Position numbers and translations under genes: made by a program | Notes under the pieces: generated by a model | The model's database searches: none | Seen by the model: the letters and a program-made list of their open reading frames with translations, nothing else | What the model was told of the DNA's origin: nothing | Shown: positions 1 through 9,511 of the stretch, one piece after another | Layout of the letters: every line of letters starts with the position of its first letter | Numbering within the stretch: the stretch's first letter is position 1 | Source: a virus | Lineage: Duplodnaviria; Caudoviricetes | IMG/VR virus record: IMGVR_UViG_3300020045_006358 | Span: 1 to 33,894 of that record | Length of the DNA: 33,894 nucleotides | Direction: 5' to 3' (one strand)

Positions 1-940
1 TTTCGTGCCACATTTGGGTGGACGCGTCATAACACCATGTTTTTTTCGCAGTCGGGAAGGTCAGGGCATAGAAGGCGTGGCCGTCTTGCTGGTAAGTGTA
101 GGCCCGAGCGTCTGAGATGGTGGAATATTGGGAAATCGCGTATTCGATTGCGTGAGTGGAAATTCTAACAGGGGCGTAACCATTGGCCCGGTAGACAACA
201 CCCGTCCCACGGTCGTCGGCCCCCAGCCAAATCACTGAGTTATCGAGTCTGGCCACTGAATGTTTCGCAGCGCACCCCGTGTCAATGGTAGCGCCGCCTA
301 TTTTGGCAAATGGGAACGTAGCGTCCCCGGAATTATACCAAACTTCGGTATTTTTCTCGCCGAACAACCACAATTCCCCGTGTACGTTGAACGGGCGGAC
401 AAGATTATCTGATGACCCTTCTTTTGACGCGAAATCGAGCGGGTCAATTGCCATCCCATCAAGCACTCCGGTTATCCAAAACTTTTGCGTGTTGGGCTCG
501 TTGAAAACAAAGAACCCGCTGACCGTTGTGACCATATCCGAACCGGGAAAATCAACGTCTGTAATCTCTGCAAGGGTTGTGGTGGTTTTGTTATAAATAT
601 AGCCGGTTGGGTTGGTGGAAATAAAAATCTGGTACCCATTGTCAGACATAGAAACCGGGCCAACCCCGTCAATATCTCCAATCTCTGTTGCCACCCAACC
701 AGAGGTGACAGAGTAGAGCTTAGGGCCACAAACCACATAACCAACACCCCCGAGAGACAACATCCCCCGAATCGGAGTCGTGCCAATATTTACAAGCAAG
801 CGCGTCCCAGGTGTACGGGTGAAGTAGGCTGGCTCCTTCCCCCCAGACGGCACAACTTCGGGATACAGGTTTATCAGCCTGTCCGCCGCTGCGTTGACGC
901 TCCTTGCTTCATATGCTTGCCCGAGGATGGGGGTTTTCAT
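1..940 (-). CDS. P22 gp10-like packaged-DNA stabilization / tail hub protein, N-terminal ~313 aa, in inverted orientation and running off the window
   Basis: Manual translation from ATG 940: MKTPILGQAYEARSVNAAADRLINLYPE...ELWLFGEKNTEVWYNSG...GCAAKHSVA...RISTHAIEYAI...YTYQQDGHAFYALTFP...TWCYDASTQMWHE. Missing from the ORF track because it has no stop in the window. Confidence 0.88.
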   Translation of the reverse strand, partial: MKTPILGQAYEARSVNAAADRLINLYPEVVPSGGKEPAYFTRTPGTRLLVNIGTTPIRGMLSLGGVGYVVCGPKLYSVTSGWVATEIGDIDGVGPVSMSDNGYQIFISTNPTGYIYNKTTTTLAEITDVDFPGSDMVTTVSGFFVFNEPNTQKFWITGVLDGMAIDPLDFASKEGSSDNLVRPFNVHGELWLFGEKNTEVWYNSGDATFPFAKIGGATIDTGCAAKHSVARLDNSVIWLGADDRGTGVVYRANGYAPVRISTHAIEYAISQYSTISDARAYTYQQDGHAFYALTFPTAKKTWCYDASTQMWHE

Positions 941-1149
941 TAATAATTCCCTGCAAAGATGTTGAATCTTGCGGTTTTGTTTACCAACGATGTCGGCATA
1001 CTCAGCACGCTATCGTCCTGATTGATCCGCTTGATGTTACGTTTCGACGTGACGGCTATTCTCAAAACAGTCGGGGGCGGCTCCATGCCGTATTCTGGGC
1101 ACATTTCGCAAGCCAAGTTGTAACGATACGCCCTGTCGTACCCAGGCGG
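940..1149 (-). CDS. P22 gp4-like head-to-tail adaptor, C-terminal fragment (inverted)
   Basis: PPGYDRAYRYNLACEMCPEYGMEPP...SKRNIKRIN...FNIFAGNY; TAATG coupling to the gp10-like start; N-terminus lost at the 1145-1149 junction. Confidence 0.72.
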   Translation of the reverse strand, partial: PPGYDRAYRYNLACEMCPEYGMEPPPTVLRIAVTSKRNIKRINQDDSVLSMPTSLVNKTARFNIFAGNY

Positions 1150-1336
1150 ACATACCTGGAGCAATGAACGATGGGCCTCTATGGGGAAAATAGGGGAATA
1201 TTTCAGGCGGGTTTATTGGACACGGTGCGGAATGACCCTGAAACGCCGGGATAGGGTGTTTGAAATTAGCGGAACGGACCCGGTAAAGATCGCCATAATG
1301 GGCGCAGAGGCTTCGGTGAGGTTAGGTAATGCCTAA
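1145..1336 (+). CDS. gp10-like protein, C-terminal 63-aa fragment
   Basis: GGHTWSNERWASMGKIGEYFRRVYWTRCGMTLKRRDRVFEISGTDPVKIAIMGA, a typical gp10-family C-terminus, on the opposite strand to its N-terminus. Confidence 0.85.
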   Translation, partial: GGHTWSNERWASMGKIGEYFRRVYWTRCGMTLKRRDRVFEISGTDPVKIAIMGAEASVRLGNA

Positions 1337-1973
1337 GAGTATTCCACAATACACGGTTCCTATTTTGTCCCAGCAAGCCGGGGTGATAGCCCGTGAATGG
1401 TACTCGTGCTTGTCCGCCATAGCCAACCTTGTTGACGAGTATCTAATCGCGCCAGTGTGGGATGATGTTCAGTTCGTGATTTCTTCGGGGCGGGTGGCTG
1501 CGTCAAATGCTCCGACGTGGGAGGCGTTCACGACCAACACCAGCGAATATTCGTTCGCGGTGAATGATTATATCGACCTGGGCGCAAACGAGATCCCCCA
1601 TTCGTGGAAAGAGGGCACAGACGTTTACCCCCACATCCACATAACAACCAAGGCGGCGAATGCAACAGGGGCTAATAGGTTTGCTAAGTTCACGCTTTAC
1701 ATCGCATCGGCTGATGTTGGTTCGGTTTGGGCGGAAACGTCAACTTCTGCTGAACTCACAATCCCAACTGGGACCGCTGCACTGACGGGATTTTTGCTTA
1801 GTTTCCCAGCGGCGAGTTTCGCGGCGCACAAGATCGGGACTCAAATCAAAATCAGGGTGAAACGTATAGCGGCAACCGGGGGGACTGAATATTCCGGGAA
1901 TACTTTTGTAACGCAGTGCGGCATACACATTCAGAAGGACACAAATGGAAGCAGAAGCATCTCAGCAAAATAG
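1329..1973 (+). CDS. Putative virion tail protein following gp10
   Basis: 214 aa, overlaps gp10 stop; N-terminal IAREWY motif common in genes after gp10 in P22-like podoviruses; beta-rich C-terminal domain. Confidence 0.6.
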   Translation: MPKSIPQYTVPILSQQAGVIAREWYSCLSAIANLVDEYLIAPVWDDVQFVISSGRVAASNAPTWEAFTTNTSEYSFAVNDYIDLGANEIPHSWKEGTDVYPHIHITTKAANATGANRFAKFTLYIASADVGSVWAETSTSAELTIPTGTAALTGFLLSFPAASFAAHKIGTQIKIRVKRIAATGGTEYSGNTFVTQCGIHIQKDTNGSRSISAK

Positions 1974-2454
1974 CGAACTGCCCGAGGTCGTCTCGGGGGG
2001 ATTTGTGGCGAGGACCAGCGACGAGGCGGTGATATACGAGTTGTTGTGCCAGGATCTTGACCTGACAGATTTAGAAGTTAGGCTTGCCAAACTTCCGCAA
2101 ATTGAGGAGCAGGTTGACCATATCTTTTCGGGTGGTGTGTATATCAGGCAGCTCCACGTGCCGGATGGATCGTTGATTATTGGGAAGCGGCACAGGTTCG
2201 AGACGTGCAACATTCTGATGAGCGGGACAATGCTGCTTTATTCTGGAGAGGGTAGAGCGCCAGTTGCAATTACCGGGCCATATCAATTCACTTCCGCGCC
2301 GAATGTCAAGAAAATGGCCTATTGTGTCGGGGATTGCGTGTTTATGAACATCCACCCGACCGACAAGACCGACCTGGGCGAAATCGAGCGGGATTTTATC
2401 ATAACCGAGGATGAATTTTTAGAATTAGACGGGGGGTGCTTATGTCTTGGATAG
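1945..2454 (+). CDS. Cupin-like phage protein
   Basis: HIFSGGVYIRQLHVPDGSLIIGKRHRFETCNILMSG cupin-type motif; position just before ejection genes; start uncertain. Confidence 0.65.
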   Translation: MEAEASQQNSELPEVVSGGFVARTSDEAVIYELLCQDLDLTDLEVRLAKLPQIEEQVDHIFSGGVYIRQLHVPDGSLIIGKRHRFETCNILMSGTMLLYSGEGRAPVAITGPYQFTSAPNVKKMAYCVGDCVFMNIHPTDKTDLGEIERDFIITEDEFLELDGGCLCLG

Positions 2455-3089
2455 GCGTTGGCGTGGCAGCCGGGAGCGCGATTGCCGGTATTGCATCGGC
2501 CAGCAGTTCGGCCAGTGCTGCAAGTAAGGCGGCCAAATCATCCGCAGCGGCGGCGGCATATGCGGCACAGTTACAGGACCAGCAATACCAAACCACACGG
2601 GAGGATTACGCACCATACCGGCAGGCAGGGTATAACGCCCTAACGCAAATGCAAGCCCCGTCATTTTACAAGGATTTCAAGTATTCAAACATGACGTCTG
2701 ATCCAGGGTATTCGTTTCGTTTGAACCAGGGCCAAAAAGCGATAAACAACAGCGCGGCAGCAAGGGGTGGGCTCCAGTCCGGGAAGGCGCTCAAGGCGGC
2801 GGCGGCATATGGTCAGGAAATGGGGTCACAAGAATACAACAACGCATATAGTCGATATATGCAAAGCAAAACCCAAAACTTTAACCAATATGCCACGATT
2901 TCCGGATTGGGGCAAACGGCAAATGCTGCGACCACAGCTTCTGGGACAAACGCGGCAAACAATAACGCATTGTATGCCATAAACAACGCAACCAATCAGG
3001 GGAACTCATACCTCGCATCGGCAAATGCTTGGAATTCGGCATACCAGGGGATTGGTAATTCGTTGGGTGGGATGATGGCAAGTTATTAA
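2442..3089 (+). CDS. DNA ejection/transfer protein (P22 gp7-like)
   Basis: MSWIGVGVAAGSAIAG Ala/Gly-rich N-terminus; APYRQAG and DPGYSFRLNQGQKAINNSAAARGGLQSGKALKA motifs. Confidence 0.8.
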   Translation: MSWIGVGVAAGSAIAGIASASSSASAASKAAKSSAAAAAYAAQLQDQQYQTTREDYAPYRQAGYNALTQMQAPSFYKDFKYSNMTSDPGYSFRLNQGQKAINNSAAARGGLQSGKALKAAAAYGQEMGSQEYNNAYSRYMQSKTQNFNQYATISGLGQTANAATTASGTNAANNNALYAINNATNQGNSYLASANAWNSAYQGIGNSLGGMMASY

Positions 3090-3143
3090 TTCATTGAACG
3101 CGAGTTGCCCTTTTTGGGCGAAACCCTGTAATGTGGTGAAAAA

Positions 3144-4430
3144 ATGGCACTAATAGATTTTGGTTTGTTAGACACAAACGCCCCGGCACGGATAGCCAAC
3201 TCCATACAGGCTGGCAAGCAGAACGCCCTTGCAACGCAGCGGATGCAACAGGAAACCCAGCTTAACGCGCTCCAGCTCGACCGCGCGAAAAGAGATATGG
3301 GGGCCGATGACGCCGTACGAAACGCCCTTGCAAGCGGGGATCTTGAATCAGCAGCACAAACGCTCTTGAAGGGTGGGTATTATAAGCAGGCGCAGGAGCT
3401 TCAAAAACAGGCCGCAGAAAAAAAGGCGGCGAGGATTGGCGAGGCTAAACAGTGGATTGATATCACGAAATCTGCTCTTGATAGCGTGTATAACAACCCA
3501 ACACTTGAATCTGCCACCTCAGCGCTGGACTTCTTGGATCAAACCTTCGGGAACCCGCAGATAACCCAGCAGCACCGGGCCAACATTGCGAAGCTTGGGA
3601 ACAATCCCGAAGCGATTAGGCAGTGGGCGGGGCAGCTTATTTTTTCGGCTAAGGATGCACTACCGAAGACCCAATATGAGGACGTAGGTGACAAATTTGT
3701 CCCGCTCGAAACCAACTCGCTTGCTCCTGGGTATAGCCCCCAGCCGATTCAAAAAACGCTTACCCCTGGCGAACAAGCCAAGGTGGGCCGGGGCGAGTCT
3801 GGTGGAACGCCGTATTTTACCCCGGTTCAGTCCGGGCAGGGGGTATACGCATTTAACAATAGGACCGGCAGGATGGAGCTTGTGCAGGCTGGGGAAGGAG
3901 CTCCCGTTATCGGGTCGGCCAGCGATCCGGCATTACAAGGGAAAATTGCGGCGGCAAAAGAGGGCGGAAAGGTAGAGGCTGAGGCAAAAAGCAAGGCAAA
4001 GGTTGACCTATCCAAAACGGTGCAAGAAGCTGACCTGACCGTTAAACTTATAGATGATCTTTTAAACCATCCTGGGTTAGAGGCTGCCGTGGGTGCGTCG
4101 TCTATGCTCGGCACTCAAAAAATACCGGGGACGCATGGCAAAGACTTCATGAACCGACTTGATCAGCTTAAGGGCAAGCAGTTTTTGCAAGCGTTCCAGA
4201 CTCTCAAGGGTGGTGGCCAAATCACAGAGGCCGAAGGCCAAAAAGCCACAGACGCGATGAGCCGCATGAAAAACACCAGTAGTGAGGCAGAATTCAAAAA
4301 AGCTGCCGAAGAATTTAAGTCGATAGTGAAGAAGGGTGCAGACAGGGCGAGAGTTTTAGCCGGAGAAACGCCAACCGAATCAAAAAAACCGGGTAACGCT
4401 GTCGAAATAAAATTCATGGGGTTCGAATAA
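3144..4430 (+). CDS. Putative DNA ejection protein (gp20 position)
   Basis: 428 aa helical, Q/A/K-rich; FLQAFQTLKGGGQITEAEGQKAT motif; synteny. Confidence 0.65.
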   Translation: MALIDFGLLDTNAPARIANSIQAGKQNALATQRMQQETQLNALQLDRAKRDMGADDAVRNALASGDLESAAQTLLKGGYYKQAQELQKQAAEKKAARIGEAKQWIDITKSALDSVYNNPTLESATSALDFLDQTFGNPQITQQHRANIAKLGNNPEAIRQWAGQLIFSAKDALPKTQYEDVGDKFVPLETNSLAPGYSPQPIQKTLTPGEQAKVGRGESGGTPYFTPVQSGQGVYAFNNRTGRMELVQAGEGAPVIGSASDPALQGKIAAAKEGGKVEAEAKSKAKVDLSKTVQEADLTVKLIDDLLNHPGLEAAVGASSMLGTQKIPGTHGKDFMNRLDQLKGKQFLQAFQTLKGGGQITEAEGQKATDAMSRMKNTSSEAEFKKAAEEFKSIVKKGADRARVLAGETPTESKKPGNAVEIKFMGFE

Positions 4431-5923
4431 TGCCGATAGCTAAAGTGCAGCTTCAGGATGGTAGGGTTGCAAGGTTTGAGGTTCCGGACGGGACAACCCC
4501 TGAGCAGGTTGTTGGGTTCGCTTCAAAAATGGAATTCCCGGCCCCTACGGACACCGCCAAACCAGAGGCCAAAGAACAGGCCAAGCCCGAACGCGGATTT
4601 ATGCGGACTGTTGGGAACATTGGGGCGGTATACCCCGCCCTTGAGGCCGGGGCGCAGATGCTAACGTCTTCCATTGCCGCGCCGGTTGCTGGGCTGGCAG
4701 GGCTTGCCGCGCTTCCGTTTAGTGGTCTCCAAGGCGCGGATAAGACGGTCGCAGCGGTCCAGAACGCCCTCACATACCACCCAATGACTGAGCGCGGGAA
4801 AGAGCTTTCTGAGACGGCCTCAATCCCATTTAATGCCCTTGCCGATATAGGGCAAAGCGCCGGGGATGTTGTATATAGCGCAACGGGGAGCCCGAATGCC
4901 GGGGCTTTTGTGAGCTCAGCCATTCAAGCGGCTCCATTGGCGCTCGGGGTTAAGGGTCTTATACCTAAAAAATCGGCAGCATATACAGCAATTGAAGACG
5001 GGATAAACAAAGGAATTCGCCCAACCGTGGCCGGGAAACAGACCGCTGGGCAGAGGGCCGCATATATGGACCGCGCAAAGTCGGCGGTAGAAACCATAGC
5101 CGACAACAAAGAACGACTTGTATTCAAAGACAAGGACGGTTCGACGGTAGCCGGGGAACTCCCCAAAAACCTCGACCAGTTTTCACAGGCCATAGCGCAA
5201 ACAAAAAAACAGATTTTCGACGAATACGATTCGATGGCAAAAACGGCGGATTCGGGTGGCACAAACTTTGTCGACGCCACACGGGCCGCTGGGGAGCTAT
5301 CGGGGATAGTCAACAACAAAAACTTACAAACATTTTCCCCAGAGACAGTGCAGTACGCGACATCCCGTATGGAGGCCCTTAAAAACAGGGGAGAAATGTC
5401 ACTTTCGGAATCCCAAGATGCGATAGCCCTACTTAACCAGAGCCTGAAAGCGTATTACAAAGATCCGAGCCCGGCAACTCACGGAAGGGCGATGGTTGAC
5501 GAGTTGATAGCCAATAACCTTCGCAAAATGCAGGACGACGCAATAACTAACGGCGCGGGTCCTGGGTATCAGGCTCTTAAAAACAAATACGGTGCGCTGA
5601 GTACAATTGAAAAAGAGGTGAATCAAAGAGCGGTTGTTGATGCGAGGAAGAACACGGCCGGTCTTGCTGATTTCTCGGACATTTTCACAGCGGGGCAAGT
5701 GGTGGATGGCCTATTGACCGGCAACCCGGTGGGGGTCGCTCGGGGGCTCGTCGGTAAAGGCGTGGCGGGGGCTATAAAATCAATTAATAACCCGAACAGG
5801 CACATAAAAACGATGTTTAAAAAAGTCGACCAAGTAAAATCGGCTCAGCCGAAAAATGCCTTAACCAGCTTGCCGTATGTGGCAGCCGCATCACAAAACG
5901 CGCTTACAGACGGGGAGGAATAA
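4430..5923 (+). CDS. Putative DNA ejection protein (gp16 position)
   Basis: 497 aa; N-terminal DGRVARFEVPDGTTPEQV motif; Gly/Ala-rich hydrophobic segments; TAATG coupling. Confidence 0.65.
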   Translation: MPIAKVQLQDGRVARFEVPDGTTPEQVVGFASKMEFPAPTDTAKPEAKEQAKPERGFMRTVGNIGAVYPALEAGAQMLTSSIAAPVAGLAGLAALPFSGLQGADKTVAAVQNALTYHPMTERGKELSETASIPFNALADIGQSAGDVVYSATGSPNAGAFVSSAIQAAPLALGVKGLIPKKSAAYTAIEDGINKGIRPTVAGKQTAGQRAAYMDRAKSAVETIADNKERLVFKDKDGSTVAGELPKNLDQFSQAIAQTKKQIFDEYDSMAKTADSGGTNFVDATRAAGELSGIVNNKNLQTFSPETVQYATSRMEALKNRGEMSLSESQDAIALLNQSLKAYYKDPSPATHGRAMVDELIANNLRKMQDDAITNGAGPGYQALKNKYGALSTIEKEVNQRAVVDARKNTAGLADFSDIFTAGQVVDGLLTGNPVGVARGLVGKGVAGAIKSINNPNRHIKTMFKKVDQVKSAQPKNALTSLPYVAAASQNALTDGEE

Positions 5924-5928
5924 AACCA

Positions 5929-7098
5929 ATGGCTGAAAGAGTGGTTTCGCCGAGATATAAAGCAACAGACTTGGCCGGTGTCCCCCTATCTGGTGGGATG
6001 GTGTGGACCTATATGGCCGGGACCACATCCGCGGTAACGACCTATTCAGATCCTCAAGGCGTTACGGCGAATACAAACCCGATAATTCTTGACACCCTGG
6101 GTGAGGCGCTTATTTTTTCTGATGTGCCGCTTAAGCTTGTGCTTCAAGACCCGCTCGGGAACACGATCAGAACAGATGACAATGTTGAATCGTCCGGCTC
6201 TTCCTCGGGGTACTTTGTCACCGAAACCGGCAGTGGGAATAGTTATGTTGTGGCGCTTCCTGCTGCCGTTACAGGATATACAAACGGCCTCGCTATCCGG
6301 TTTATTGCGACCCACGGCAATACGGGGGCGTGTACTTTGAATGCGGGGTTCGGTGCCGTTGCGCTGGTCAACAAGTCCGGGGCAGCTTTTTCTTCGGGAG
6401 AAATCGCATCCGGTACACTCATGGATGTGGTCTATAGCGCCGGGGCCAACAAGTTTTATGCCACAGACAACAGCGCCGCAGTAGCAGCCCACGCTGCCCT
6501 CACCGTCGCCCACGGCGCAACCGTTGCCGCCACTCCCGACAGGGCTGTGCTTCGTGGCCCGGATGGAGCGATCGCCGCGTCTCAGGGTTTTTTTGAAACA
6601 AACCTCACATCCGGTGTAGGCATACGAATAGCGAGCGACCCAACTGACACGGGCGCAATTGTTCAATTCACCACCAACGATGGGGCCACACAGATCGGGC
6701 AGATAGCGATAAACGCAGACGGGGATATGTCCCTGTCGAGCCTGTCCGGGGCTATCTACCTTAATACAAAACTACTTAAGGCTTTTGTAGTTGATGAGTG
6801 GCATAGCGGGACGTCGTGGTATCGCAAATGGTCAGACGGCTGGGTTGAGCAGGGCGGGTGGGTCGAAACGGGGCTCCCGACATCTGCGATAAATTTTTTA
6901 GTACCGATGGCTGTGGGATGGAACGCGCAAATTACAATGGATCTGGACGGGAGCACCACAGGGGGTGATGTGGCGGGGAGTAAAATAACCAGCAAATCCA
7001 CAACCGGAATGAGTGTGACGACCGGATGGACAAATGCAACATCTTCAAACTCTGTGTTCTTTCCATTTCAATGGCGAGCCGAAGGGTTCGCCGTATAA
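5929..7098 (+). CDS. Tail fiber / receptor-binding protein
   Basis: N-terminal head-binding-like domain (GVPLSGGMVWTYMAGTT...ANTNPIILD); C-terminal WYRKWSDGWVEQGG...FQWRAEG tail-fiber tip motif. Confidence 0.8.
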   Translation: MAERVVSPRYKATDLAGVPLSGGMVWTYMAGTTSAVTTYSDPQGVTANTNPIILDTLGEALIFSDVPLKLVLQDPLGNTIRTDDNVESSGSSSGYFVTETGSGNSYVVALPAAVTGYTNGLAIRFIATHGNTGACTLNAGFGAVALVNKSGAAFSSGEIASGTLMDVVYSAGANKFYATDNSAAVAAHAALTVAHGATVAATPDRAVLRGPDGAIAASQGFFETNLTSGVGIRIASDPTDTGAIVQFTTNDGATQIGQIAINADGDMSLSSLSGAIYLNTKLLKAFVVDEWHSGTSWYRKWSDGWVEQGGWVETGLPTSAINFLVPMAVGWNAQITMDLDGSTTGGDVAGSKITSKSTTGMSVTTGWTNATSSNSVFFPFQWRAEGFAV

Positions 7099-7107
7099 GG
7101 AGGATGT

Positions 7108-7407
7108 ATGATAGGCACGAAAATCACAAGTGAACAGCCAGGGTACGCAGAAGCAGCGGCTTGGTGTACATCGAACGGGGCTTTTATTGAGCAGGTGGGT
7201 GATGATCTTTATGAAGTTAAATCCGTCCCAGCCCCGACGCCGGAAGAGCTGAAAGCCCAGCAAATTGCCACAATCAAAGCGCAACTTGCCGAACTTGATT
7301 CCAAGCGAATCCGTCCTCTCGCAGAAGGGGACGTTGAATATTTGGCCACTCTGAACGCTCAGGCGGTGGCCCTTCGGGCCGAACTTCAAGCATTGCAGGG
7401 GGTATAA
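7108..7407 (+). CDS. Putative tail fiber assembly chaperone
   Basis: Strong RBS (aaggagg); YAEAAAWCTSNGAFIE and PAPTPEEL followed by coiled coil; directly after the fiber gene. Confidence 0.55.
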   Translation: MIGTKITSEQPGYAEAAAWCTSNGAFIEQVGDDLYEVKSVPAPTPEELKAQQIATIKAQLAELDSKRIRPLAEGDVEYLATLNAQAVALRAELQALQGV

Positions 7408-7967
7408 TGGTACTTCTCATCTTCGCTGTAATGTTTGCATTTCTGAACCGCATCCGGGGTGGTGGGTATATCTTCGGGTGGAAACATCCCAATGGAGACT
7501 TTGCGGCAAAGCTCATTTCCGGCACGATTCTTGCCATTGTCGCCGTCCACGCTGGGAAAGGGTGGCTTGCTATCCCGGTGTGCCTCGGGCTCTATTTACT
7601 CGGGGAGTCCTTCGCCTGGGGCAAGTGGGTGGGGACTCTCGCCTATGGTGTCCAGGATAAGCGCACCGTGAAGGGTTGGGTGGAGTCCGGCATACATTGG
7701 GCCGCCGATGCGCTGTACGACGAAAACAGGCGCTTTATTGCCTATTCCGTTGTTGCTCTCGCTCTCAGGGGGATTGTTTGGTGGGTGCCGGTGTTCTGGT
7801 ACATCGCCACCCCCGATTTTGGGATTCTCGCCGGGGTGCTCATGCCTGCTTGTTATCTGGCCGCGCAGAAGCTTCCCGAACAGCATTGGGTGAATCGTTG
7901 GGGCCTTGGGGAAATCATTTATGGTGCTGTTTACGGAGCCTGTATCGGTGGCTTGTGGACTGTTTGA
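7407..7967 (+). CDS. Multi-pass membrane protein of unknown function
   Basis: 186 aa with several hydrophobic segments; FLNRIRGGG and GEIIYG motifs; TAATG coupling. Confidence 0.7.
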   Translation: MVLLIFAVMFAFLNRIRGGGYIFGWKHPNGDFAAKLISGTILAIVAVHAGKGWLAIPVCLGLYLLGESFAWGKWVGTLAYGVQDKRTVKGWVESGIHWAADALYDENRRFIAYSVVALALRGIVWWVPVFWYIATPDFGILAGVLMPACYLAAQKLPEQHWVNRWGLGEIIYGAVYGACIGGLWTV

Positions 7968-8116
7968 TTGATACGATTCTCGACCTTCTCCGGGAAGCGC
8001 GGGTGTTCATGCCTGACTGCTACCTCGGGCGCCTGGAAGACGCTGACACGATTTTGAAAGAGATACGGAGGGATCTTGAACGACGAGCAGATAAAATCAA
8101 TTCTGAAAGAGGATGA
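7964..8116 (+). CDS. Small hypothetical protein
   Basis: TTGA overlap with upstream stop; fills the gap before the lysozyme. Confidence 0.35.
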   Translation: MIDTILDLLREARVFMPDCYLGRLEDADTILKEIRRDLERRADKINSERG

Positions 8117-8498
8117 GGGTTTCCGGCTGATCGTCTACCCCGACACCGAAGGCGTCCCAACGGTGGGATGGGGCCATGCTGACAAATCCATGAAGCTCGG
8201 GGCATCATACACCCGGAAACAGTGCGACGACTTCTTCACCGCCGATTTTGCCATGGTGCTGAATGACTACCATGCGCTCGATCTCGCCCTTGACCCGGTG
8301 CGGCGCGGCGTGGTGCTGATGATGCTTTTCAATCTGGGGCTGACTCGATTGAAGGGGTTTCTTCTCTTTCTGAAACATGCTCGGGCTGGAGAATATGACC
8401 GGGCCGGGTGTGAAATGCTGAAAAGTAAATGGCGGAAACAGATAAAGAACCGCGCTCACCGAATGGCGGCGGCGTTCATAACCGGGGAGTGGGTGTAA
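8076..8498 (+). CDS. Endolysin, T4-like lysozyme (GH24)
   Basis: EDEGFRLIVYPDTEGVPTVGWGH catalytic E-x8-D-x5-T; MLFNLG and SKWRKQIKNRA motifs. Confidence 0.9.
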   Translation: MNDEQIKSILKEDEGFRLIVYPDTEGVPTVGWGHADKSMKLGASYTRKQCDDFFTADFAMVLNDYHALDLALDPVRRGVVLMMLFNLGLTRLKGFLLFLKHARAGEYDRAGCEMLKSKWRKQIKNRAHRMAAAFITGEWV

Positions 8499-8500
8499 AT

Positions 8501-8773
8501 ATGGAAATCACAACCATAACGGCCATAATTGGCGGTTCAATCACGGTCGGCGCGGTTGTCGGCTTGGCACTCAAGGGGGTCTTTGTGACTAAGGCGGAAT
8601 GTGAAAAACGGGTAGCCGGGTGCCAGGGTTCCGCAAAGGAAAACGCCGAAAAGATTGAGAAGAAGTTTAATTCTGTAGAGGAACGGCTTTCCCGAATGGA
8701 AGATTTCCTGACTGCAATCATGTTCAAACTCGGCATAAAACAGGACGATATGCCGCCGAAGGTAAGGGGGTGA
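8501..8773 (+). CDS. Single-TM coiled-coil protein in lysis module
   Basis: MEITTITAIIGGSITVGAVVGLAL transmembrane segment then coiled coil; between lysozyme and holin. Confidence 0.6.
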   Translation: MEITTITAIIGGSITVGAVVGLALKGVFVTKAECEKRVAGCQGSAKENAEKIEKKFNSVEERLSRMEDFLTAIMFKLGIKQDDMPPKVRG

Positions 8774-8774
8774 A

Positions 8775-9257
8775 ATGGATATATTCAGCAAAATAATGGA
8801 CGTTTTTAGCGGTGGGGCGGTTGGTACCATTGTTGACGCGGTGAAGACATATTTTCCCCCATCGATGACAGAGCAAGAGAAGGCGGCGCTTTCTGTCGCG
8901 CTCTCCAATGCGGAAATTGAAAAAATGAAGGCGGTGGCCCTTATCGCCAATGACGCCGACAAGGAATTCAATTCCCGTATCAAGGAAATGGAGGGGACTG
9001 CCACAGATTTAAAGTCAATCCCACTAATAGGGGCTCTGATGCTGTTTATCCGTGGGGCGCAACGGCCCATCTTTGGATATGCGACTATTTTCCTTGATTT
9101 CAAGGTTTTCGCTGGGGAGTGGAAATTGCCAGACGGCTCCCAGCAAGCGGCAGCGTTTTATATCATCAATCTTCTCGTGCTCGGTTTTCTGTTTGGAGAG
9201 AGGGCGGTTCAGAATGTGGCCCCGTATCTTACTCAATTTTTCGGGCCGAAAAAGTAA
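8775..9257 (+). CDS. Holin-like protein (GTA 3TM holin type)
   Basis: Amphipathic N-terminus, RGAQRPIFGY, VLGFLFGERA C-terminal motif. Confidence 0.65.
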   Translation: MDIFSKIMDVFSGGAVGTIVDAVKTYFPPSMTEQEKAALSVALSNAEIEKMKAVALIANDADKEFNSRIKEMEGTATDLKSIPLIGALMLFIRGAQRPIFGYATIFLDFKVFAGEWKLPDGSQQAAAFYIINLLVLGFLFGERAVQNVAPYLTQFFGPKK

Positions 9258-9511
9258 TGGGAGTTCATATCCAATGGATATCCGGAGTAATCCGCGCCGG
9301 GGAGAACCTGCACGAGTTCGGGGATGACTACGAGCTTGCCTGCTTCGTCCAAATAGTCGGGACCACGGCGCACATCGTCGGCATGAGTGGGCGGCTGACT
9401 CTGGCCGACACCCGGCTGGCCGTGGAGGAGTTCCGGAGGATGGGGCTGACGGCAATTGAGTTTGAACGGGTTAAGGACGGCGTGACTTCTTTTCGGAAAA
9501 TAAAAATATGA
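9257..9511 (+). CDS. Hypothetical protein
   Basis: TAATG and ATGA coupling on both sides; 84 aa. Confidence 0.6.
   Translation: MGVHIQWISGVIRAGENLHEFGDDYELACFVQIVGTTAHIVGMSGRLTLADTRLAVEEFRRMGLTAIEFERVKDGVTSFRKIKI

Noticed and set aside
1-1149. Programmed invertible segment (shufflon or Gin-type)
   Set aside because: No recombinase seen, the two junctions share no sequence, and the breaks destroy essential head and tail genes rather than swapping fiber tips.
279-1167. Plus-strand track ORFs at the left end
   Set aside because: They are antisense to the gp10-like and gp4-like reading frames.
5929-7098. Diversity-generating retroelement target in the tail fiber
   Set aside because: No reverse transcriptase and no template/variable repeat pair noticed.
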